A stretch of 64,000 bases of DNA from an uncultured Oscillospiraceae bacterium. GTDB lineage: Bacteria > Bacillota > Clostridia > Oscillospirales > SIG627. The first letter of the stretch is position 1; each line of letters begins with the position of its first letter. This document shows, piece after piece, positions 27,537 through 37,793 of this stretch. The notes under the pieces are model-generated. The model did no database searches. It saw only the letters and a program-made list of their open reading frames with translations, and was not told the origin of the DNA. The stretch covers positions 1,600 through 65,599 of the forward strand of contig CAZLEX010000002.1 in the NCBI GenBank assembly GCA_964558655.1, given 5' to 3'. The translations under genes were made by a program, and so were the position numbers.

Positions 27537-29477
27537 ATGAAAAATTTGTACAGCGAAGAAAGTGTAAATTTTGTAAGATTGAAAACCGACAGATTTTTTA
27601 CCGATTACCGCAATAAATTTTCTTATGACGGAATAATCGATAAAACATACAGATTTGTCGAGCAGTTTCAGCTCTATGATGTTGAACTTTGGGCACGCTT
27701 TGTAACTCAGTTCAAAGAAAGTACAGATGACGATTCCGGATGGCGAGGAGAATATTGGGGCAAGATGATGAGAGGGGCTTGCTTTGTATATTCGTATACG
27801 CAAAATGAAAAGCTTTATGAAATTCTCAAAGATACCGTTTCAAATATGATGAGTGCCGAAAATGACGGGCGTGTAAGTTCTTATCCCATTGACAAGGAGT
27901 TCACCGGCTGGGATTTATGGTGCCGAAAATATGTCATTCTCGGCATGGAATATTTTCTGGAGATTTGCAATGACTGTGAATTTGAAGAAAAAATAATTAA
28001 ATTTATATCCCGTCAGGCAGATTATATTTGCGACCGAATAGGCGATGACGGTAAAATTTGCATTACTCATACTTCGTATGCTTGGAGAGGGCTTAATTCT
28101 TCGTCGATATTGGAACCGATGGTTCGTCTGTATTCGCTTACCAAAGACGAAAAGTATTTGAAATTTGCCTCGTATATTATATCTGAGGGGTGCATTGATA
28201 CAGGAAATATCTTTGAGTATGCGTACGAAAACGGTTTGTATCCTTATCAGTATCCCGTCACCAAAGCATATGAAACCATATCCTGTTTTGAGGGACTTTT
28301 GGAATATTACAGAATAACGGGCGAGGAAAAGTACCGTACTGCCGTTGTCAATTTTGCCGATAAGATTCTTGAAAGCGATTTCACCGTAATAGGAAGTTGC
28401 GGCTGTACCCATGAGCTTTTTGACCATTCAACAGTCCGTCAGGCAAATACGACTAACGGGGAACTTGCACAGGAAACCTGCGTTACGGTTACACTCATGA
28501 AATTTTTGTATCAGGTTCATCTTCTGACGGGAGATGTAAAATACGCCGACGCTTTTGAAATTTCTTTATACAACGCATATTTGGGAGCGGTAAATACGGA
28601 AAAAAGCCTGTGCAAACGGACTTTTGAAGAGAATCCCGATTTACGCCGCGATCCTATGCCGTTTGACAGTTACAGTCCGCTTACAGCCGACAGACGAGGA
28701 AAAGCCGTCGGAGGTTTTAAGATTATGAAGGACGGTACATATTACGGCTGCTGTGCGTGTATCGGTTCGGCGGGAATCGGTCTTGTATCGAAAATTCATA
28801 TTTTAACGACGCCCGAAGGGTTTGCCGTTAATTTGTTTATACCGGGCGAAGTAAAAACGCTTTCTCCTCTTGAAAAAGAAGTCGTTTTTAAAACCGAAAC
28901 GGCTTATCCTTCCGACAATAAAGTGAGTATAACCGTCGAAACTTCTTCTTCCGAGACATTCGAGGTTCTTTTACGCTGTCCGAAATGGAGTAAAAATACA
29001 GAGGCAAAAATTAACGGGAAAAAGGTATGCACGGCTGACGGATATGCAAGAATTTACCGTGAGTGGAGCGGTTGTGATAAGATTGAAATGGAATTTGATA
29101 TGAGTACTTATGCCGTTTTTCCGCCGGTTTACAATGAGCAGGTTATCATGACGAATGTGGTTGCAGACCGCAACGGCGATACGGTAAACATTCCCACTTA
29201 TGACCGTCAGGATCCTCATGCACTTAAATCTTTGGCACTTCGACGGGGGCCTCTTATGCTTGCTCAAGATGAAAATTTGGGCTGTACTCCCGATATTCCG
29301 GCAGATATAAAAATCAGTTCGGACAACACGATCGATGTTTTGCCGGATAAGTCCGATACGGCTATGCTTAGGGTGTCTGTCCCGCTTAAAGATGGTTCTT
29401 TTATGCCTCTTTCCGATTATGCCTCTGCCGGAAAAGATTGGAATAAAAAAATAGCCGTTTGGATTAAGACAAAATAA
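27537..29477 (+). CDS. glycoside hydrolase family 127-like (DUF1680 / beta-L-arabinofuranosidase family) protein
   Basis: GEYWGKMMRGA, ETCVTVTLMKF..LLTGDVKYADAFEISLYN and YGCCACIG resemble GH127 signature blocks. This assignment is from memory only. Confidence 0.6.
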   Translation: MKNLYSEESVNFVRLKTDRFFTDYRNKFSYDGIIDKTYRFVEQFQLYDVELWARFVTQFKESTDDDSGWRGEYWGKMMRGACFVYSYTQNEKLYEILKDTVSNMMSAENDGRVSSYPIDKEFTGWDLWCRKYVILGMEYFLEICNDCEFEEKIIKFISRQADYICDRIGDDGKICITHTSYAWRGLNSSSILEPMVRLYSLTKDEKYLKFASYIISEGCIDTGNIFEYAYENGLYPYQYPVTKAYETISCFEGLLEYYRITGEEKYRTAVVNFADKILESDFTVIGSCGCTHELFDHSTVRQANTTNGELAQETCVTVTLMKFLYQVHLLTGDVKYADAFEISLYNAYLGAVNTEKSLCKRTFEENPDLRRDPMPFDSYSPLTADRRGKAVGGFKIMKDGTYYGCCACIGSAGIGLVSKIHILTTPEGFAVNLFIPGEVKTLSPLEKEVVFKTETAYPSDNKVSITVETSSSETFEVLLRCPKWSKNTEAKINGKKVCTADGYARIYREWSGCDKIEMEFDMSTYAVFPPVYNEQVIMTNVVADRNGDTVNIPTYDRQDPHALKSLALRRGPLMLAQDENLGCTPDIPADIKISSDNTIDVLPDKSDTAMLRVSVPLKDGSFMPLSDYASAGKDWNKKIAVWIKTK

Positions 29478-29495
29478 ATATTTAAGCACAAAAAA

Positions 29496-29523
29496 GGCAC
29501 TGTCGGAAATTTCCGACAGTGCC
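29496..29523. terminator. bidirectional terminator between convergent genes
   Basis: GGCACTGTCGGAAA/TTTCCGACAGTGCC perfect palindrome, flanked by an A run and a T run. Confidence 0.8.
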
Positions 29524-29528
29524 GGTTT

Positions 29529-30464
29529 TTATTTATTCATGTGTTTGAGTACTTCGGCTGTAACTCTTGCAACAATTTCATCGATGTTTACATCTGACGG
29601 ATTTTGTCTGTATCCTTTGCCGCAGCTGCCGAAAAGTTCCAGCTTTTCGATGACGGCACGGCGTACCGCTTCGACTGCGGCGGGAATTAAATCGGTAATA
29701 CCCTTATTCATGTCGGTGAAAGCACGCAATTCGGCTTCAACCGCCGCAATGTTAATATCCGTGAAAATGTTAACTTTGGATATGCCTTTTTCAATCGCTT
29801 TCTTGAAATCGCTGTCGGTAAGCCCCGAACCTCCGTGAAGTACAAGAGGAACATCAACTGTATGTGCAATGGTCTCAATTCTGCCGAAATCCAATTTCGG
29901 AGGAAGTTTGTACGCTCCGTGTGCGGTTCCTACCGCAATTGCGAGAGCATCGACTTTAGTGCGACAGACAAAATCTCTCGCTTGTTCCGGATCCGTATAA
30001 AATTTTGTCGGATCTGTCTCGCTTTGTGCACTTGCGTCACCTTCTACACCGCCGACATGACCGAGCTCGCCTTCTATTGTTGCACCGTATGAGTGTGCTA
30101 TATCAGCCATTTCGCGAACTTTTTTAACATTGTCTTCATAGGTGTCGGTAGAACAATCGTACATAATCGAAGTAAAACCGAGCTCCAGTGCCTTTATGCA
30201 AGTCTCTTTTTTAAGACCGTGATCCAGGTGGGCAACGACAGGAACTCTCGCTTTTTTTGCCATAGGAATAAGATAGTAGGACACTTCTTCCAGCGGACAG
30301 TAGGGAAGAAGCACCTCAGCCGTACCCATTATAACGGGAGAGCCCGTTTGTTCTGCGGCTTGAATAATTCCTCTTGCAAGTTCCATACTCACCGCATTAA
30401 AAAGTCCTACCCCGTATTTGCCCTTTTTTGCGGGGTACAGAACTTCATTCATATTAACTAACAT
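29529..30464 (-). CDS. class II fructose/tagatose-bisphosphate aldolase family protein with a C-terminal extension
   Basis: AHLDHG and LVLHGGSG motifs typical of class II FBA/KbaY-type enzymes. An extra tail of about 27 aa follows ...ELFGSCGKG. Confidence 0.85.
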   Translation of the reverse strand: MLVNMNEVLYPAKKGKYGVGLFNAVSMELARGIIQAAEQTGSPVIMGTAEVLLPYCPLEEVSYYLIPMAKKARVPVVAHLDHGLKKETCIKALELGFTSIMYDCSTDTYEDNVKKVREMADIAHSYGATIEGELGHVGGVEGDASAQSETDPTKFYTDPEQARDFVCRTKVDALAIAVGTAHGAYKLPPKLDFGRIETIAHTVDVPLVLHGGSGLTDSDFKKAIEKGISKVNIFTDINIAAVEAELRAFTDMNKGITDLIPAAVEAVRRAVIEKLELFGSCGKGYRQNPSDVNIDEIVARVTAEVLKHMNK

Positions 30465-30624
30465 ACTGTTTCCTCCGTATCTTGTTCGGATAACTTTTCA
30501 AGATAAATTATACACTTTTTAAAGTGTTAAGTCAACGCAAAACAAACACAAAAGCCGTATTAAATGTCGGAGAAAAACATTTTTTGTTACAAAATCAAAG
30601 ACGGCATCGGACAATTTAACATTT

Positions 30625-31839
30625 TTACTGACTGTAACCGTCAAGGAAATTACCTATTTCCAGCATTGCCGAGTGTAGAGTTTCTTTTTCGGGAAGCATT
30701 ACCACACGGAAATGATCGGGATCCGGCCAGTCAAAACCGCTTCCCGGAACAATGAGTATATGTTTTGCTTTCAGTAAATCGAAAGCAAATTTTCTGTCGT
30801 CTGTTATGTTATGCTTTTTTGCGTCTATTTTCGGGAATGTATAAAAAGCGGCGGAATTTTTGACATAGGTAATATCCGGGATTCTGTCCATTGCCGAGCA
30901 GCACGCTTCCCGTTGGTCGTAAAGTCTTCCGCCGGGTACCATCATCGACTGTGTGGTTTCTTTGTCGTGAAGTGCGGCGGGGATTACAAGTTGCATGGGA
31001 GCGTTTGCACACAGACGCATTGCCGCAAGAGCGACAAGTCCCGATATGAAATCTTCGCATTTTGTTGTGTCTCCGCTTATACACATCCAGCCGCAACGGA
31101 ATCCGCATATTATGTGAGACTTTGAAAGCCCGTTGAAAGTGATGACCGGGAGATCTTCCGAAAGCGAAGCCAATGCAATATGCTTCTTTCCGTCGAGAAG
31201 AAGCCTGTCGTAAATTTCGTCGGTACAAATAATCAGGTTATGCTCTTTTGCAATTTTTACGATTTCCAGAAGTACATTTTCGGGGTAAAGGGACCCGGTG
31301 GGATTGTTGGGGTTTATTATGACAATGGCACGGGTTTTCGGTGTTATTTTCGAGCGGATATCTTTTATGTCGGGATACCAGCAGGAAGATTCGTCGCAGA
31401 TGTAGTGAACCGGTTTCCCTCCCGCTATAAGTACGGTGTTTGACCATAGCGAATAGCAGGGGCAGGGCACAAGCACTTCGTCTCCGTCATTAATTAACGC
31501 CGTAGTAACCATGGAAACGAGTTCGCTCACGCCGTTTCCTATAAAAATATTATCCCGGGAAAGTTTGACTATTCCCTTTTTTTTGCAGTATTCGTAAATT
31601 GCATCTCTTGCCGGATCCATTCCTCTCAGGTCACAATAAGCCGTCGCCTTGTCGATGTTATCGACAAGGGCACGCTTTATACTGTTCGGAAGTGCGAATC
31701 CGAATGAAGCAAGATTTCCCGTATTTAATTTTAATACTTTAGTGCCCTCTTTTTCCATTTTGAGAGCTTCCAAAAAAATCGGACCTCTTATATCGGAATG
31801 TACATTTTCGATTTTGTCCGAACGATTTATTTCTTGCAT
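30625..31839 (-). CDS. PLP-dependent aminotransferase, AlaA/YfbQ-like (alanine aminotransferase family)
   Basis: N-terminal KIENVHSDIRGPIFLEALKMEKEGTKVLKLNTGNLASFGF, plus the SKSHIICGFRCGW PLP-Lys block. Confidence 0.82.
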   Translation of the reverse strand: MQEINRSDKIENVHSDIRGPIFLEALKMEKEGTKVLKLNTGNLASFGFALPNSIKRALVDNIDKATAYCDLRGMDPARDAIYEYCKKKGIVKLSRDNIFIGNGVSELVSMVTTALINDGDEVLVPCPCYSLWSNTVLIAGGKPVHYICDESSCWYPDIKDIRSKITPKTRAIVIINPNNPTGSLYPENVLLEIVKIAKEHNLIICTDEIYDRLLLDGKKHIALASLSEDLPVITFNGLSKSHIICGFRCGWMCISGDTTKCEDFISGLVALAAMRLCANAPMQLVIPAALHDKETTQSMMVPGGRLYDQREACCSAMDRIPDITYVKNSAAFYTFPKIDAKKHNITDDRKFAFDLLKAKHILIVPGSGFDWPDPDHFRVVMLPEKETLHSAMLEIGNFLDGYSQ

Positions 31840-32095
31840 AATGTTCTCCGTGTAGGGATATTTTTAAAGTAGTGTCAGAAATTATATCATATATATCCGA
31901 ATAAGTCAACGATTTACAGTGAAAAACTAAAAAAGCGCAAAAAATCAAAAAATTATTTGCCGATTTTTAATTTTTGCCGAAAATATTTTTGATTAATTGC
32001 ACTTTGCCGTTTTGCGTTTTTTCGGCGGCACTTGACAAATTCGGATTGATATATTAAGATAAACATATAAAATATTGTTACAGGCGGAAAAATAT

Positions 32096-32644
32096 ATGAG
32101 AATAATTACGGGAAAAGCAAGAGGTACAAAACTTCAAAGCGTTGCGGGAGATGCTGTTCGTCCGACAACGGAAATGGCAAAGGAAGGACTTTTCAGTTCG
32201 ATACAGTTCGATTTGGATTCAAGGAGAGTTCTCGATCTTTTTGCGGGAAGCGGACAGCTCGGACTTGAAGCTTTAAGTCGCGGTGCGGAATTTGCGGTTT
32301 TTGTAGATGAGTTTGAAAAATCCGTAGAGACGGTGAAAATCAACGCACAGCGTGCAAAGCTTTTTTCTCAATGCAGGATTGTCCGTATGGATTATACGGA
32401 TTTTCTCAAAAAAAACACGGAAACCTTTCATTATATTTTTGTCGACCCTCCGTATTCTCTCGGAATTATTCCGGAGGTAATAAAAAAAATACTGAAATAC
32501 GGTGCACTTGCCCCCGACGGAATAATCGTTTGTGAAAACGACGAAGAGACCATTGATGATGATATTCTTTCTTCTTTGGGAGCAGAGGTAAAGAAAAAAT
32601 ACAAATACGGGAAAACTTACATTCACATGGTGGGAAGAAAATGA
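32096..32644 (+). CDS. rsmD: 16S rRNA (guanine966-N2)-methyltransferase
   Basis: MRIITGKARG..RPTT, DLFAGSG and DPPY motifs. Immediately upstream of coaD, which is the usual arrangement. Confidence 0.88.
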   Translation: MRIITGKARGTKLQSVAGDAVRPTTEMAKEGLFSSIQFDLDSRRVLDLFAGSGQLGLEALSRGAEFAVFVDEFEKSVETVKINAQRAKLFSQCRIVRMDYTDFLKKNTETFHYIFVDPPYSLGIIPEVIKKILKYGALAPDGIIVCENDEETIDDDILSSLGAEVKKKYKYGKTYIHMVGRK

Positions 32645-33135
32645 AAAGAAAAGCTGTAATTCCCGGAAGTTTCGATCCTATAACGACGGGGCATCTCTCC
32701 CTCATCTCGCGTACTGCCGAACTTTTTGATGAGGTAACGGTGCTTGTCTGCGTCAATTATGACAAAACCTACATGTTTTCGGAAGAAGAACGCTTTGAAC
32801 TTGTCAGGCTTTCCGTTTCCGAACTTAAAAATGTCAATGTTGAAATTTACGGCGGGTGGCTGTACGAATATCTTAATTCACACAAGCCCTGCGTTTTGGT
32901 TAAAGGCGTTCGTGACGAAAAAGATTTCGTTTACGAAAGACGAATGGCCGAATTTAATTTTGAAAAGAGTTCTGTGGAAACGCTTCTCCTTTTTTCCGGA
33001 GGTGACGAGATATCGACTTCGTCTACAAAAGTCAGACAGCTTTTGGAGAGCGGAGGGGACTGGGAAAAGATTATACCGCAAAATGCACAAAAAATATTGA
33101 AAAAATTTTACGCAGAAAAACAAAAAAACTGTTAA
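32641..33135 (+). CDS. coaD: phosphopantetheine adenylyltransferase
   Basis: Contains the AVIPGSFDPITTGHLSLI (T/HxGH) motif. Confidence 0.92.
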   Translation: MKRKAVIPGSFDPITTGHLSLISRTAELFDEVTVLVCVNYDKTYMFSEEERFELVRLSVSELKNVNVEIYGGWLYEYLNSHKPCVLVKGVRDEKDFVYERRMAEFNFEKSSVETLLLFSGGDEISTSSTKVRQLLESGGDWEKIIPQNAQKILKKFYAEKQKNC

Positions 33136-33152
33136 GTAATTTGTAAAAATAC

Positions 33153-33181
33153 TTGCATTTTTCGTTTTTCTGCGTTATACT
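33153..33181 (+). promoter_or_regulatory. dcw-cluster (mraZ) promoter
   Basis: TTGCAT-17 nt-TATACT. Confidence 0.55.
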
Positions 33182-33191
33182 ATACTCAACG

Positions 33192-33216
33192 GTGGTGAAA
33201 AATGGTTTAATGTGGT
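33192..33216 (+). promoter_or_regulatory. three direct (G/A)TGGT repeats at exact 10-bp spacing, an MraZ operator candidate
   Basis: GTGGT at 33192, ATGGT at 33202 and GTGGT at 33212, just downstream of the -10. This matches the known MraZ operator architecture. Confidence 0.6.
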
Positions 33217-33276
33217 TGAATTTTCCACCAAAATTACCGTAAATTTCCGAAAATATCGCAAAAGGAGGGGAATAAA

Positions 33277-33696
33277 ATGCTTTTGGGCGAATATAATTAC
33301 AGTCTTGACGCTAAGGGCAGAGTTTTTGTTCCCGCAAAGCTTCGCGATGATTTGGGCGATATTTTCGTTATCGCAAAGAGTATGGACAAGTGCATATCCG
33401 TTTATTCGGAAGATATGTGGTTGAAATATGTTGAAAAGTTAAATTCGATTCCCGAAATGCGTGCAAGATACATTCGGCGTTTTGTTTACTCAAGTGCGAC
33501 GGAAGCTTCCTGCGATTCTCAGGGGCGTGTTGTTCTTCCTCAGGGATTACGGGAATATGCCGGACTTGAAAAGGAGCTTGTTATAATCGGTGCCGGAGAT
33601 CACGCTGAAATTTGGAATTCGGAAACATGGAACGGTTACATGAGTGAGGAAAGTACGGATAACATGGTTGAGACTCTTATGGAGTTCGGCTTCTGA
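33277..33696 (+). CDS. mraZ: transcriptional regulator MraZ
   Basis: [23 protein letters not shown]..., with a duplicated SpoVT/AbrB-like half. Confidence 0.93.
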   Translation: MLLGEYNYSLDAKGRVFVPAKLRDDLGDIFVIAKSMDKCISVYSEDMWLKYVEKLNSIPEMRARYIRRFVYSSATEASCDSQGRVVLPQGLREYAGLEKELVIIGAGDHAEIWNSETWNGYMSEESTDNMVETLMEFGF

Positions 33697-34631
33697 TGGC
33701 AGAGTTTAATCATTATTCGGTTTTGCTTCACGAAACGGTGGAGGCACTTAATATCCGTCCCGACGGAATATATGTCGATTGTACTCTCGGAGGCGGAGGA
33801 CATTCGCTTGAGATAGTCAAACGCCTTGATAAAGGCCGTCTTATCTGTATAGACCGTGATGCAGAAGCAATACAGGCTTCCCGTGTCCGTCTTGAAAAAT
33901 ATCTTGACAAAATAACTTTTGTTCATGACAACTATAAAAATATAAAAGAAATTCTTTCCTCTCTCGGAATTGATTGCGTACAGGGGATTACGGCTGACCT
34001 GGGGGTATCTTCTTACCAGCTTGACACGGCGTCCAGAGGATTTTCTTTTCACAGTGACGCTGCACTGGATATGAGAATGAACAGAGAAGATGCTCTGAGT
34101 GCCGAAAAAGTGGTGAATGAATATTCTCTGTCCGAGCTAAAAAGGGTTATTTCCGACTGGGGAGAAGAGAAATGGGCTTCCCGTATTGCTTCGGGGATTG
34201 TCGAGGCGAGACAGCACAAGAGAATTGAGACAACATTTGAGCTTGTCGAAATAATAAAAAACAGTGTTCCTTCTTCCTATCTCCGTGAAAAACATCCGGC
34301 ACGCCGTACATTTCAGGCGATCAGGATAGAGGTCAACGACGAAATATCTTCTTTGCATACAGCAGTGTCCGATATGTGCGACTGTCTTTCCGAGTTCGGA
34401 CGGATTGCCGTAATAACATTTCATTCTTTGGAAGACCGTGCTGTTAAAGAGGCGTTTGCCGAGCGTGTAAACGGATGTACCTGTCCTCCGAATTTTCCGA
34501 AGTGTGTTTGCGGTTTTGTTCCTACATTGAGGATACTTAAAAAGTCGCAGACGGCAAGCCGTACGGAGCTTGAGGAAAACAACCGTTCGCGAAGTGCGAG
34601 ATTGAGATGTGCCGAAAAAATAGTAAAATAA
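33696..34631 (+). CDS. rsmH: 16S rRNA (cytosine1402-N4)-methyltransferase
   Basis: [23 protein letters not shown]..., and ITFHSLEDR. Confidence 0.93.
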   Translation: MAEFNHYSVLLHETVEALNIRPDGIYVDCTLGGGGHSLEIVKRLDKGRLICIDRDAEAIQASRVRLEKYLDKITFVHDNYKNIKEILSSLGIDCVQGITADLGVSSYQLDTASRGFSFHSDAALDMRMNREDALSAEKVVNEYSLSELKRVISDWGEEKWASRIASGIVEARQHKRIETTFELVEIIKNSVPSSYLREKHPARRTFQAIRIEVNDEISSLHTAVSDMCDCLSEFGRIAVITFHSLEDRAVKEAFAERVNGCTCPPNFPKCVCGFVPTLRILKKSQTASRTELEENNRSRSARLRCAEKIVK

Positions 34632-34647
34632 AGAAAGGGCAGACGCG

Positions 34648-35358
34648 ATGTCGAAAAATTACATCATGGGCGATGATGTTATTGCTCAAAAGAAACCTTT
34701 GGAAAAAGCGGTGCCGGAAAAAGAATTCGCCGAAGAGTTGCTCCAGTCCGAAGGGTATGTCCCGGCAGCAAAGCCTCGCCGCGTAAACGGCGGAAAAGAG
34801 CCGGCAGGTGCCCGCAGTACAGAAGCAAACAAGGTGCGTTTAAATAAAACTTTGTCCAAAACTCCCGAACAGGCACGCCCTGACGCAGCACAGGAAAGAA
34901 AGCAGAGAAATGTTAGAAAGACAAAGAAGCGTCTTTTTGAATTTTCTCTTTACAGCAAGCGTGAAAAATCGGCAACTCCTTTTCCTATTTCCTATATATT
35001 TTTTATATGCTCGATTACAGTGATGCTTGTTTACATAGTGCATCTGTGCATTGAGGTTTCGGATATAGATTCTGCAATGGCGGAAAGCAATAACATGCTT
35101 GTGGAACTCAAGAGCGAGCAGAACACGCTCGTTTCCGAGAAAAACAAGCTCGTGGGAAAATACATAGAAGAAGTCGAAGAAATAGCCCGTACAAAATACG
35201 GTATGGTCAGTGCCGATCAGGTGACGAGCAAATACAGGGACAACGATGGCGGAGATACGATAGATATACCGGAAACCGCCGAAGAAAAAAGTGCCGCCGG
35301 CGTTTTGATGTCGGGCTTCGGCAGTGCTGTTTCCAACTTTTTATCATACATAAATTAG
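34648..35358 (+). CDS. ftsL: FtsL/DivIC-like cell-division membrane protein with a long N-terminal extension
   Basis: Its position lies between rsmH and the PBP gene. It has a single TM segment followed by a coiled coil and an EEIARTKYGMV motif, preceded by a basic N-terminal region of about 110 aa. Confidence 0.65.
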   Translation: MSKNYIMGDDVIAQKKPLEKAVPEKEFAEELLQSEGYVPAAKPRRVNGGKEPAGARSTEANKVRLNKTLSKTPEQARPDAAQERKQRNVRKTKKRLFEFSLYSKREKSATPFPISYIFFICSITVMLVYIVHLCIEVSDIDSAMAESNNMLVELKSEQNTLVSEKNKLVGKYIEEVEEIARTKYGMVSADQVTSKYRDNDGGDTIDIPETAEEKSAAGVLMSGFGSAVSNFLSYIN

Positions 35359-35431
35359 ATTTAACATAATAATGAAATTAAGAGTAAAGGGAATGGTAAA
35401 ATATCTCTTTACTCTTTTTACCTAATATATT

Positions 35432-37780
35432 TTGAGATATTCGGAGGATACCGTCTTGAAATACAGGATTCGCACATCACGCAGGCAAGTTAATCAAAAA
35501 AGCAATATATTTTTCGGTATAATGCTGCTGTGTGCACTCTTTTTAATCATTCGTTTAGGCTACATAATGATAGGACAGTACAGCGAATATCAGAACAAGG
35601 CTCTCAATCAGGCAACTACGGAGATGAAGTTGTCGGCATCAAGAGGAACGCTTTATGACCGCAATATGAATGTGCTTGCGGTTTCAACGACGGTTGAGAG
35701 AGTTTTCATTTCTCCGTCGGATATACCGCAAATGACTGTCGGTGAATATATAGACGAGTATGTGGAAGAGATGAGTGCTACCGCCGCCGAAAAGGAAAGC
35801 GAAAGAACAAGGCTTCGGTCTCTCTATACCGATCTTTCCGTAACCGTTGCGGAAGATGTTGCCGATTTCCTTTCCGAAATACTTGAAGTCGACAAAAGTA
35901 TGATTCTTGAAAAAGCGGCAAAGCTTAACAGAAAAGACGAAACCGTCAAGCAGAAAGTCGATGTGCTTATATGCGATGAAATACGCGAAATAATCGTCGA
36001 CCGTCATTATACGGGATTCGTACATATGCAGGAGGACAGCAAACGCTCTTATCCTCACGGCAGTGTCGCAAGTCATGTTTTGGGATTTACGGGATCCGAC
36101 GGCAACGGACTTCAGGGAGTGGAACTTTCCTACGACGAAGAACTGTCCGGAGTTGACGGAAAAATTATCACTGCGGTAAACGGCGTCGGCGAGCAAATGC
36201 CCTACAAGTACGAAACATATATTGCCGCCGAAGACGGCACGAATCTTATGCTTACGCTTGATCTTAATATACAGAAAATCTTAGAAAAGCATTTGGAAAC
36301 CTCGCTTGCCGAAACTCAGGCGGAGCAGGGTGTATGGGGAATTGTCATGGAGGTCGATACCGGAGAAATTTTGGCTATGGCGGGATTGCCGGATTTTGAC
36401 TGCAACACTCCGTATGTTCTCGATACGGCTTCTCAGGAAGAATATGACGCTTTTGTGGGAACCGACGAAGAAAAAAACAAACTCAAAAGCAATTTGCTGT
36501 ACGAAATGTGGGAAAACAAGCTTGTTACAAACACATATGAGCCGGGTTCTACATTCAAAATGGTTACGGCGGCTATGGCAATTGAAGAAAAGCTTGCCAC
36601 AGAATACGAAACTTTTAACTGTACGGGTTTAATTTATGTGGACGGATATTCAAAGCCTATCAACTGTCATTTGCACAGCGGGCACGGCGTTCAGACTTTT
36701 GAGGAAGCCATATGGCATTCCTGCAACCCTGTTTTCGTTACGATGGGACTGAGAATCGGAACGGAAAAGTTTTACGAATATTTTAAAGCTTTCGGATATT
36801 TGAGCAAAACCGGCATTGACCTTCCGAGCGAGCGTCTCGGAATTTGGCATTCCAGTTTCAATCAGGTTGAACTTGCGGTATCGGCATTCGGACAGACATT
36901 TACCGTTACTCCGATTCAGCATATTGCCGCAGCAGCGGCTGTTGCCAATGGCGGAAAACTTGTTACTCCTCATGTTGTAAAGGCGTCCGTCGGCAGTGAC
37001 GGCAAAATAATCGAAAATTACGATTGGGATACAAAACGCAGTGTTATTTCGGAAGAAACTTCAAAAACGGTTCTTTCTTATATGCAGCACGGCGTTGAAA
37101 ACGGCGGTTCGGCCAGAAATGCTTATGTTACCGGTTATTCGGTAGCCGCAAAAACGGGTACATCGGTAAAAACAGATGTAAAAACGCAGACAGGCGAAAC
37201 GAAATACATAGCGTCGTGTATCGCTTTCGCTCCTGCAGATGACCCTCAAATAGCAATTATGATTTTGGTTGACGAGCCTGTCGGAACCTATTACGGAGGA
37301 AGCGTTGCCGCTCCGGTAGTATCCAGAGTCCTTTCGGAAGTTCTTCCTTATCTCGATGTCGAACGCACATACAGCGATGAAGATAATGCGGAATATCCCG
37401 TTGTGAGTTATGTCGGACTTTCGCTTGAAGATGCGAAGAGTCAAATTAAAAATCACAATTACGAATATAAAGTTATAGGTGAGGGAAACACAGTACAGAA
37501 ACAGGTTCCGAGCGTTGGCGAGGAACTTGCACACGGTTCGACGATTGTGCTGTATACCGATTCCGTGACATCCGGACTTGTGAAGGTCCCCAATGTTGTC
37601 GGAATGACTGCCGCTCAGGCAAATCGAACTCTTGCCGATGCGGGATTAAACATAAGTATATCCGGAACCGATACAGAAGGTTCTCAAGCCGTTTCGCAGT
37701 CTGTAAATCACTCGGAGATTGTCGAAAGCGGAACTATAATAACGGTCGAATTCAGAGATTATTCAAACATTACCGATTAG
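35432..37780 (+). CDS. class B penicillin-binding protein (FtsI/SpoVD/PBP2B family) with two C-terminal PASTA domains
   Basis: TTG start. STFK, HSCN and KTGT transpeptidase motifs. Two PASTA-like repeats follow residue about 650. Confidence 0.88.
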   Translation: MRYSEDTVLKYRIRTSRRQVNQKSNIFFGIMLLCALFLIIRLGYIMIGQYSEYQNKALNQATTEMKLSASRGTLYDRNMNVLAVSTTVERVFISPSDIPQMTVGEYIDEYVEEMSATAAEKESERTRLRSLYTDLSVTVAEDVADFLSEILEVDKSMILEKAAKLNRKDETVKQKVDVLICDEIREIIVDRHYTGFVHMQEDSKRSYPHGSVASHVLGFTGSDGNGLQGVELSYDEELSGVDGKIITAVNGVGEQMPYKYETYIAAEDGTNLMLTLDLNIQKILEKHLETSLAETQAEQGVWGIVMEVDTGEILAMAGLPDFDCNTPYVLDTASQEEYDAFVGTDEEKNKLKSNLLYEMWENKLVTNTYEPGSTFKMVTAAMAIEEKLATEYETFNCTGLIYVDGYSKPINCHLHSGHGVQTFEEAIWHSCNPVFVTMGLRIGTEKFYEYFKAFGYLSKTGIDLPSERLGIWHSSFNQVELAVSAFGQTFTVTPIQHIAAAAAVANGGKLVTPHVVKASVGSDGKIIENYDWDTKRSVISEETSKTVLSYMQHGVENGGSARNAYVTGYSVAAKTGTSVKTDVKTQTGETKYIASCIAFAPADDPQIAIMILVDEPVGTYYGGSVAAPVVSRVLSEVLPYLDVERTYSDEDNAEYPVVSYVGLSLEDAKSQIKNHNYEYKVIGEGNTVQKQVPSVGEELAHGSTIVLYTDSVTSGLVKVPNVVGMTAAQANRTLADAGLNISISGTDTEGSQAVSQSVNHSEIVESGTIITVEFRDYSNITD

Positions 37781-37793
37781 AAAGGCTTAAAGT

